A stretch of DNA of 32,912 nucleotides from Octopus bimaculoides (taxonomy: Eukaryota). Of this stretch, positions 23,593-32,912 are shown one piece after another. A program made the position numbers and the translations under genes. The notes below the pieces were generated by a model that searched no databases, had not been told where the DNA came from, and saw only the letters and a list, made by a program, of their open reading frames with translations. The stretch spans positions 5,305,045 through 5,337,956 of the forward strand of contig NC_068996.1 of the NCBI RefSeq assembly GCF_001194135.2, written 5' to 3'. Position 1 is the stretch's first letter. The number at the start of each line of letters is the position of its first letter.

Positions 23593-24439
23593 AATACTGT
23601 CATCTTATTATTACTGTCCAGTTGTGGATTGGATAGTAGTCCTTTTACGGTAGGGAAATTTATTCTTCCAATCGGCACCTGAATAGGGTTCGAAGTCAGA
23701 CCGGAAGAGCCGAAACGGATACTGCGTTCAATGTTCGACAAATTTTACCAATACACCTCCCTAGGCTGCGAATTTTTATGCCGATAACGAGAGGAAGAGA
23801 GACAGTTGATTTTTGTAGGCTTTTAACTTAGAGGGCTAAAAACTTTTTAACTCGCATGTTTAATAGGCAAGAAAAAAAATGATTATTCCTAAGTATAACA
23901 ATAAATTTATTAATAATTAACATCTAACCTCGGAGCTCCAAGTTATATCGGTTGATATTCAGTTTGGAATATATGTAGTTCAGTGTATGTAAGGAAATGT
24001 ATGATGGTATATAATTCCGATGTGTTATGCATGAAAATAATTTCGGAAATGTGTTTAGTGTGGTTAGGTTTATGGATTAAGCGGAGCAGGAGGACACACG
24101 TGATCAGAAGAGGTCACAGATATGCGACGAAAGATTTCCGGACAATAGACATAAGATAAAATAAGAACGGTAATAGACGAGTGAAGAACGAATAAATTGT
24201 GTGTGTTTATTTGGAAAATAGATAAATAAATAAATAAAATAAAGTGACCATCTCGAAATATGACAATGTCTAGTGTAGTGATTGGAAGTTGAGACACTGT
24301 AGTGAGTGAGTAAAGAACAAGACGCAGGTATTTAAAGATGACCAGGTGGACCTAAGATCGTTATAGTGCCAATAGAAGCTATTAAAGTGTATGCGTATAC
24401 ATGTGTGTGAGGGTGGGAGAGAGAGAGAGAGAAAGAGAA

Positions 24440-24560
24440 TAGGCAGACAGGTAGGCAGGCAGACAGGTAGGCAGGCAGACAGGTAGGCAGGCAGACAGGT
24501 AGGCAGGCAGACAGGTAGGCAGGCAGACAGGTAGGCAGGCAGACAGGTAGGCAGGCAGAC
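24440..24560. repeat. 16-bp minisatellite (AGGCAGACAGGTAGGC)n, about 7 copies
   Basis: Direct reading. Confidence 0.9.
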
Positions 24561-24719
24561 ATGCACGCACGCAGACAGGTTGACAAGCAATCAGCTAAGT
24601 AGAGTGAGAAAGAGAGACGAACCAACACAAGTGAACCGTAGCTGAACGTATTGGTAATGCAGAGTTTAGAAAGCTTGGCTTATTAATAACTGCAAGGTCT
24701 CACATAAGTGAGCTGTGCC

Positions 24720-24907
24720 GTAACATTGGTTTCAAATTTTGGCTCAAGACAAGCATTTTCATGGGGACCGGGTATAAATCGATTATATCAGCCCTGATGT
24801 TTAACAGTTATTTATTTTAATGGCTCCGAAAGGAGAAAAAGCAGAGTCGACGTAAGCCGCTAAGCAATTTTCCCGATGTGCATACGACTCGGCCAGCTCA
24901 CCGCTTT
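24720..24907 (-). mobile_element. SINE type A, internally deleted
   Basis: Reverse complement begins aaagcggtgagctggcc...ttgcttagcgg and jumps to gtcgactctgc. Confidence 0.6.
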
Positions 24908-25456
24908 AGTTGTGCAGTAATATTGTCAGCTAAGTGACATAATCGTCAGAGATAAGAAAAAGTATCCTGTGACATTTATTCCGTTTCTTTACGTTCGAAT
25001 CCTACCAAGGTCAACGTCACCGATAATCTTTCAAGGATCAGCAAATCGAAGTGCCAGTCAATGGCGTTGGATTGATTGGATTGTTAAAGTGTTGGACAAA
25101 ATGCCTTGCTGTTGTGTGTTCCAACATTTCACGTTCTGAGATTTTCAAAACCGGTGTAACACTCTTCTCTGTGTCTAATTGACAAGTGGTGTCATGTTTA
25201 GAAAAAAATATGCAAAACAGGGCAATAGAATCCGCTTTATAGTTTCTCAACACAGTACTTTTTTAGGAAACCAGCAAGAAGTCGGTCATCGATCTGATAA
25301 TGCAAAGAAGAAGAAGAAAAAAGAAAGAAAGAAAGAAACAAACAAAGACGAAGAAGAAGAAGAAGAAGAAGAAGAAGAAGAAGAAGAAGAAGAAGAAGAA
25401 GAAGAAGAAGAAGAAGAAGAAGAAGAAGAAGAAGAAGAAGAAGAAGATCTTGAAAC

Positions 25457-25737
25457 ATGCAAACAGTAAAGGTCGAGTTTACAATATTTGGTGCATTGGG
25501 AACAGTAAGCAAAAATATAGACACAAGGCTGAAGGAAACTGAAATAGAATGCCCTTCAGAGTCCATACAGAAAGTTTGTCTCTTTGGGACAGCAAGGATT
25601 ATCAGGTGGGTTTTAAGCATTTGAAAGACTGCTGGAAACTTGTGGAAACCTAAGGTTACAGGTAGTAACCTGCAATTCACATAATTCCAGCCAGGAATTA
25701 GACCGAAATTGAGCCAAACCAAAAATAATAATAATAA
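25457..25737 (+). mobile_element. R4/Dong-like LINE 3' end, 5'-truncated
   Basis: MQTVKVEFTIFGALGTVSKNIDTRLKETEIECPSESIQKVCLFGTARIIRWVLSI* (stop 25622-25624), then a 3'UTR ending in aataataataa. Confidence 0.75.
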
Positions 25738-26019
25738 AGTTCCAAGGTAGTCTTGTTTGATTTTTATGAAGGTTTATTAATTGAACAGGGCACTGGAGTA
25801 AATTCTGGTATCTTCATAGCTTCATCTTCACGATGAAATGATGTTAGCGTGTATTGCTGCCTCTTTATAACAGGAAAGGCCAAGGTAATTGACATAGTTT
25901 TATTAATCTAGCCTGTGGTAATTTCTAAATCTGAATAAGAAACCTATTCTTCGAAATACCTCAAAAGATCGCAGATGAAGTTTAATATTTCAAGCTGTTT
26001 AAAAAGTTTTAATAGCTCT

Positions 26020-26418
26020 TTTACTCTTTTACTCTTTTATTTGTTTTAGTCATTTGACTGCGACCATGCTGGAGCACCACCTTTTTAGTCGAATAAATCG
26101 ACCCCAGGACTTATTCTTTGGAAGCCTAGTACTTATTCTATCGGTCTCTTTTGCCGAACCGTTAAGTTACGGGGACGTAAACACACCAGCATCGGTTGTC
26201 AAGCGATGTTCGGGAGGGGGGGGAACACAGACACACAAACATATACATATATATACGACGGGCTTCTTTCAGTTTCCGTCTACCAAATCCACTCACAAGG
26301 CTTTGATCGGCCCGAGGCTATAGTTGAAGGCACTTGCCTAAGGTGCCACGCAGTGGGACTGAACCCGGAACCATGTGGTTCGTAAACAAGCTACTTACCA
26401 CACAGCCACTTCTATGCT
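26020..26418 (-). mobile_element. tRNA-derived SINE type B with (AAAAGAGT)n-like tail
   Basis: Head agtggctgtgtggtaag...ggttccgggttcagtccc, then gcaagtg core and an internal (TA/TG) patch; ends ctccagcatggtcgcagtcaaatgac...aaaagagtaaaagagtaaaagag. Confidence 0.85.
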
Positions 26419-26578
26419 TAAGCGTTCATCAATTTCTTCAATCTTTACTCTAATTTTCGTAAACCCAACCTAAATCTAAAGCTCTTTTTCTTCCACTCTC
26501 TGCCTCCCTTTTTCTCTCTCCCTCCCTCTCTCTTTCCCTCTATTTCTCTCTCTCTCTCTTTCTCTCTATCTCTCTCTC

Positions 26579-26695
<117 letters not shown>

Positions 26696-27161
26696 CATCG
26701 CTATCATTTATTAAATTCTTCACATACATGCTTGATTTGTTGTAAACTTTCGTATGTGAGCGTCACCAAGTCACAAAAATATGCATGTTACGACTTTTCA
26801 ATTTTCAGCACCTATACGAAGCAATAATTATTGCTAGAATGAACGAGATAACACCTGGGAACTGAATTTGTGACCCGGTTTCAAGTCCCTATTGACGTCG
26901 TTTCGCTTCAACTTACATCATACACTTATCACAACATTCCATTTCTTATCCATTAAATATCTGAGAATATATGTGCATATAGCATATTCATTACTTCTCT
27001 TTTCCCTTGACAACATATACACTACTCTCTTAAATCAGGTTGTTGATGTTGTTCTTTGCGCTGTGCGTTCCTGCTTTTTTTTTTCTCTTTCATGTTCTTT
27101 TTTCTTAACGTAACTCATATTCCTTTTTGTTCTTTTTCATTTTCCGTCATTCTTTCTTCTT

Positions 27162-27477
<316 letters not shown>

Positions 27478-27526
<49 letters not shown>

Positions 27527-27760
27527 GAAAACTTACAGCTTATATTGCTGGGTATGATGATGGAAATGCCTGCTGTCCACAGCCCGCAGACTAAGGTGAC
27601 ACTTCTTTACTGGTCATGCTTCAAGAACCCTGCGAAGAATTCTTGCAGTTCCAAGCAATGCTCATTTTTGTAGGTATCCTACCTTCACACTTGCACCGAT
27701 CATTTTGGGCTATGTTGGTAACTTCCAATTGCGGGTAGTTGAGTGCTGATACTTCCAAGT

Positions 27761-27762
<2 letters not shown>
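27478..27762 (-). mobile_element. R4/Dong-like LINE 3' end, 5'-truncated
   Basis: LGSISTQLP...VKVGYLQK*ALLGTARILRRVLEA*, then a 3'UTR and (AAT)n tail at 27478-27523. Confidence 0.7.
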
Positions 27763-27791
<29 letters not shown>

Positions 27792-27795
27792 CCAC

Positions 27796-27825
<30 letters not shown>

Positions 27826-27884
<59 letters not shown>

Positions 27885-28783
27885 GCATCTTCTTTCAATT
27901 CTGTTTCCTTTTCTTGCCGAGTGTCTCCCTAACACGTAGGATAGAGAAACGTATTATATACATTGGTAGGCCATTAAAATAAACACACCAGATTGTACCT
28001 TAGTACAGGGCATCCTCCGGAGGCCAAGCGTAACAAGGAAACTTTCGTTTTACTGTGCATGCTGAAATTATCACCCCATTTATTCCGTTTTAGATGGAGA
28101 GTGCTTTCTGTAGTATATGGGCTGTACCCATCAAGGTTATCTTTTGTAGTTTACGGAGATTGGAAGTTGCCAAGGGGTTGCTTAATATACTTCTCAGCTC
28201 CCTTCTTTATCATTCCCAGCACACCAATTGTTATTGGTATTATCATAGTACTAAACTTCCACATTTTCGTGATTTCAATTTGCAGATCTTTAAAGTGAGA
28301 AAGCTTTTCGTATTCTCTTCCTGAGATATTCTTGTCTTGTGAGACAGACATATCTATTAACAGACAAGTTCTTCTGTTATAGTCCTTGATCACAACGTCT
28401 GGTCGATTGGAGTCAACTTTCCCCTCTGTTTGTATTGGTAAGTTCCAAAGGATGGTGATTCCCTCGACATTTACTACATCCTCTGGATGGTGCCTCTACC
28501 ACTTATCATGGGATTTAATAATGTAGTATGTACAAGCATTCCAGTGGATGTACTGCCCTAGTCTGTCATGTCTTATGAGGTACTCATTTTCAGCAAGACT
28601 GGGCAGACAGAAACATGATCAACTGTCTCTGTTAATTTTTCGCAAATTCTGCACGAGGGATATGATCAATCTTTAAGGATGTTTGCATGGTAGTTTCTGG
28701 TAGGTAAACTCTGATCTTGCGTTGCAATAACAAAACCTTCTGTTTCCCCTTTCAGACCTGTCTCTTGTAGCCATTGGTGTGTC
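27826..28783 (-). mobile_element. R4/Dong-like LINE, best-preserved copy: CCHC zinc knuckle plus restriction-like endonuclease, pseudogenised
   Basis: THQWLQETGLKGETEGFVIATQDQSLPTRNYH...CRICEKLTETVDH...RHDRLGQYIHW...ILWNLPIQTEGKVDSNRPDVVIKDYNRRTCLLIDMSVSQDKNISGREYEKLSHFKDLQIEITKMW...IPITIGVLG...LQKITLMGTAHILQKALSI* (stop 28090-28092). Internal stops and frameshifts. (ATT)n arrays on both flanks. Confidence 0.9.
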
Positions 28784-28785
28784 AG

Positions 28786-28988
<203 letters not shown>

Positions 28989-28989
28989 C

Positions 28990-29215
28990 TAAGACGGTGA
29001 GCTGGCAGAATTGTCAGCGCGCTGGACTAAATGCTTAACGGTATTTTGCCCGTCGCTACTTTCTGAATTCAAATTCCGCAGAGGTTGACTTTGCCTTTCA
29101 TCTTTTGGGGGTCGATAAAATAAGTACCAGTTGAACCCTGGGATCAATGTAATCGACTCATCTCCACCTTCCCCAAACTGTTCTTGTGGCATAAATTTGA
29201 AAGAATAATAATTAT
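28990..29215 (+). mobile_element. SINE type A
   Basis: taagacggtgagctggcagaa...gaattcaaattccgc...gcctttcatcttttgggggtcgataaaataagtaccagtt. Confidence 0.85.
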
Positions 29216-29225
29216 TATTAGTATT

Positions 29226-29750
29226 AAGGCGATGAAGGCGCATGGCTCAGTGGTTAGAGAGTCGAACTTACGATCGTGGGGTTGAGTTCGAATCCCGGAC
29301 CGGGCTGCATGTTGTGTTCTTGAGCAAGACACTTTATTCCACGTTGCTCCAGTTTGCAGATGCCAAGCTGTATTGGTCCCTTTGCCTTTCCCTTGGATAA
29401 CACTGGTGGCGTGGAGAAGGGAGACCGGTATGCATGGGCGACTGTTGGTCTTCCATAAACAAACTTGCCCGGACATGTGCCTGGGAGGGTAACTTTCTAG
29501 GTGTAATCCCATGGTCAGTCATGACCGAAGGGAGTCTCTTCTCAGAGCTGGCAGAATCGTTAGCACTCCAGACAAAATGCTTAGAAGCATTTCATCCGTC
29601 TTTACGCCCTGAGTTCAAATTCCGCCGAGGTAGACTGCCTTTCATCCTTTCGGGGTTGATAACTTAGGTACCAATCAGTACAGGAGTCGATGTAATCGAC
29701 TATCCTCCTCCCCAAAATATCAGCCCTTGTGCCTATAGTAGAAAGGATTA
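29226..29750 (+). mobile_element. SINE type A split by the type D insertion
   Basis: aaggcgatg (29226-29234) joins agctggcagaatcgttagc (from 29546) to rebuild the type A head; ends gtagaaaggattataattatt. Confidence 0.75.
29235..29544 (+). mobile_element. tRNA-derived SINE type D nested in the head of a type A copy
   Basis: aaggcgcatggctcagtggttagag...gagttcgaatccc (A and B boxes), then gttgtgttcttgagcaagacacttt. Confidence 0.8.
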
Positions 29751-30489
29751 TAATTATTTTTATTGTTGTCCTCTTTTTCAAATACTATTGTTGTTGTTTG
29801 TTGTATTGCTTACCGGAAACCCAACCCCCAACACACACTTAGTGAATCCTGATTGAACTGATCTGTGACCAGATTGTTCTAGTCATTACCATTGGCATTA
29901 TATTAGCTTATATTATCCAATATCTCTTTTCCATATTTAATACAGTTGAGAAACACAACTATGTTTTACATTTATCTTCTATTTTCTTATGATTTGTTTG
30001 TGGCTAATTCGGAACTCAAATCCATCATCAACATTTCTATCTTTTATAAAATGTTCACTGCAATTTCTTTGTGAATAATAATTATCTCATTTTCCTGCAA
30101 GCATAATAATTCTGGATATATTCTTCTGAACTCATGAAATTTGGCGACTGATGCAAATATCATGTGATAAATTTCAGTCGCTTCCAGTTCAAGCGGCAAT
30201 AAACACATTGTTATCGCTAAAAATAGATAACAATATTTCTCTTAAATAGTTTTGTGACTTTTCTAATGTATACCTGGTGAAGATAAATATTATGAACAAT
30301 TATAATTTTCTATAATCTATATATCGCCTCCTATTTACATCCCCATTGGATAAATAGGTAAAAATCGATACGAAGATAAGTGCTAAGAGACGGAACCAAT
30401 ACTGCATGATCGAACGAGTTGTTATTCAGCTTGCGCTTATAGCAAGTTCGTGTTCAAAAACCGCGTCAAAACAAGATGAACAATTTAAG

Positions 30490-31388
30490 ATTAAGAAAAT
30501 ATTGTGAAACTTTCATTGCTTACGCTTTCACCTGGACTTGTGAGGAGACAGAATTAAGTGGACGAGTATACTGAATGTTAAAAGTTTATTACAAATAGCA
30601 GCTTAAATCCAGCTAAATTATAGCGACATTTAGAGACATTTAAAATGTCTTACTGAATAAGGTTTTTTTTTTTATAAGTGTTTGGAATTAAATCAAGCAA
30701 AAATATCGTCCTATATTCTGGTCCGGGAAAAAGATGTCAGAGTTTATAGATATCAATTATAGATTTTACAACGAGTGGCTGAATTAGTACTAAGAGAAGC
30801 AAGTCTGAGAGAAAACATCAATTCAACCGACCTTTTCTTCGTTTCTGAGTTAAGCATTCCACAAAATTAAAGTCACTTAACTTTCTTCAAATCACATTGG
30901 TTATCGATTAGCAATAGATGACGCATAAATATTTGTAGAAAACTTTAAAAAGTTTCGTGCAATATTTGGCGGATAAAATATATGTTATAATGGTTGACAA
31001 AATATGTTATAATATTCTTTTGTTATTTTGGCACAAGGCTAGCAATTTTTAGGATGGAGAAGTCGATTACATTGACGCCAGTTCATGACTGGTACGAATT
31101 TTATCGACGCCGAAAAGATGAAAGCCAACCTCAGCGGAATTTGAACTCAGAACATAAAGACAAACAAAATACTGCTCAGCAATTTCTCCACCATGCTAAC
31201 GATTTCACCAGCTTACCGCCTAAATCTACTCTAATAATACGCTTGTGTTTTTCTCTGTCACAACATATGAAAGAGAAAGGAAGAGGTGATAGATGAATAA
31301 GGAAGGAAGAGGTGATGGCAAACTGGTGGTGGGAGCATTTCAACTCTGTGTGAGTATATGTGTGTGTATGTAAAAGGGAGGTATGTGA

Positions 31389-31443
<55 letters not shown>

Positions 31444-32340
31444 CACGCAATAGAACATTCAATGGTGAACATTCAACGCTGAAAAGAAAAATCAAACAGC
31501 ATTTCAGCTCTGTGTGAGTATATGTGTGTGTGTGTGCGTGTACCAGGGAAGTATGTGAATGTATGTGTGAATCAACATTCTTTCAGTAACAAACGATGAT
31601 CAATGTCACATCTCAACAGACAACCATTTGTTAACATTGACAAGTGTATTAATTTGATTTACTATCTGTATTTATATATAAAATACTACAATTAGCCGTC
31701 ATTTTTGATGGCACGGGGCCAGCTAGTTATGTTATAATACTAATAATATAACACTTTCTGATGATATTGTTTCAAAGGGTATTCATAAAATGTCGAAATT
31801 TTAAACTGGGCGGAAAACGATAGGTTAAAACGAGCGCAACTTCCTCTTTACAATTGGATGAGTCAACGGACGTTGCTGGCTTAGCAGCTTTGCTTGTGTT
31901 TGTATGCCGTATTTTATAATGTAAAGTGAAAGAAGATTTATTTGCTTAACTTTAAAAAATTCATGGTACGAGTAAAGCAATATTTAATTAAACTTTCCCG
32001 TGGATATACAAAGTTTTGTGAAATTTTAATTTTGTTTAAGTATTTACACCAGTAAAAAAGACCCTCTACCATGGTTCGAAGTACCCACTGCGTTCTTCAT
32101 TGCCAAGCATTCGCAATGAAAAATATGCCACAGAATATAAATTAGCAGTAAAAAATACAAGTTGGAGAATCAAAACTGCATCATACAAGAAACTTCTGTT
32201 TATTATGTGAAAAAATAGGAAGAGTGTATGTAATTTTATTGCCATATGCTGCAGTGTGGTGCTCACCATACGGTAAGTGCTGGTGTGGCTTACTGAGTCG
32301 TGGATAGAAATTGGCTTATTTCTATTTGAACATCCTTTTG
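30490..32340 (+). mobile_element. Degraded hAT (Buster/Charlie-type) transposase, interrupted by a SINE and SSRs
   Basis: RKYCETFIAYAFTWT and ITNSSLNPAKL*RHLET (BED finger, about 30494-30640); LSDDIVSKGIHKMS; LQLDESTDVAGLAALLVFV (about 31846-31905); THCVLHCQAFAMKNMP (about 32082-32130); LLCEKIG. Confidence 0.8.
31028..31222 (-). mobile_element. SINE type A inserted in the hAT remnant
   Basis: Reverse complement reads taggcggtaagctggtgaaatcgttagc...gttctgagttcaaattccgc...ccttgtgcc. Confidence 0.75.
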
Positions 32341-32561
32341 AACATTAAAACCACACAAAAAGATTAGCATTGGGTTGGGTGGGGGAAATGACAGAGTTTT
32401 AAAAAATGTTCACTTATTTGAATGAGGGAAGTTTTGAGGGGTAACGGTGAAATACGTTTAAAATTCAGAATAAAATAAATGCACTTAAGAGTAAAATAAA
32501 ATTTTTACCCACACCACCGAGATCGTTAGTCATGTACCAAAATTTGAAACCAATGTTAATA

Positions 32562-32912
32562 TTAAGGCGGAATCGTTAGCGCGCCAGGCGAAATGCTTAG
32601 CGGTATTTCTTCGTCTGCCGCTACGTTCTGAGTTCAAATTCCGCCGAGGTCGACTTTGCCTTTCATCCTTTCAGGGTCGATAAATTTAGTACCTGTGAAA
32701 CACTGGGGTCGATGTAATCGACTGTCCCCTTCCTCACAAAATCCAGGCTTTGTGCCTATAGTAGAAAAGATTATTAAGGCGTTGAGCTAAGGCGGTGAAC
32801 TGACAGAATCGTCAGCACGCCGGACAAAATGTTTAGCGACATTTTGTCTGTATTCACGTTCTGAGTCCAAATAAGTATCAGTTGAGCACTCAAGTCGATT
32901 TTATCGACTATC
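32562..32912 (+). mobile_element. Tandem SINE type A copies (about 32562-32775, short head about 32776-32788, truncated copy 32789-end)
   Basis: taaggcggaatcgttagc...gtagaaaagattatt|aaggcgttgagc|taaggcggtgaactgacagaatcg. Confidence 0.85.

Noticed and set aside
23612-23760. ORF MSNIERSIRFGSSGLTSNPIQVPIG (23526-23741)
   Set aside because: No true ATG, it runs into a SINE, it stops at once when the SINE is removed, and no usable splice frame was found.
24440-24560. CRISPR-like array
   Set aside because: A head-to-tail 16-mer without spacers, in eukaryotic DNA.
29900-30200. CSEHF (THAP-like) or IKDRN (RTE-like) words on the minus strand
   Set aside because: Isolated short motifs amid stops; not enough to assign a family.

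Overview
Eukaryotic, AT-rich, gappy (10 N-runs) genomic DNA with no complete protein-coding gene. The repeat families (several tRNA-derived SINEs) and the microsatellite load best fit an octopod cephalopod; this is inferred from recalled repeat sequences, not from a search. Almost all ORF-track entries are microsatellite or N-gap artefacts. The real coding signal comes from decayed transposons: at least seven fragments of R4/Dong-like non-LTR retrotransposons (RT, CCHC knuckle, restriction-like endonuclease), a Helitron Pif1-like helicase remnant, a hAT (Buster/Charlie-type) transposase remnant, and a possible CRE-like fragment. There is also an 824-bp TIR element with an 8-bp TSD and a (TTAGGG)n patch inside, plus about a dozen SINE copies, two with clean TSDs and one nested. 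A few isolated splice-site-flanked open segments could be exons of an unrecognised host gene. I see no convincing new biological system. The best leads are the TTAGGG-containing TIR element, SINE tail swapping linked to target choice, a conserved LINE 3'UTR hairpin, and some fold-back segments.
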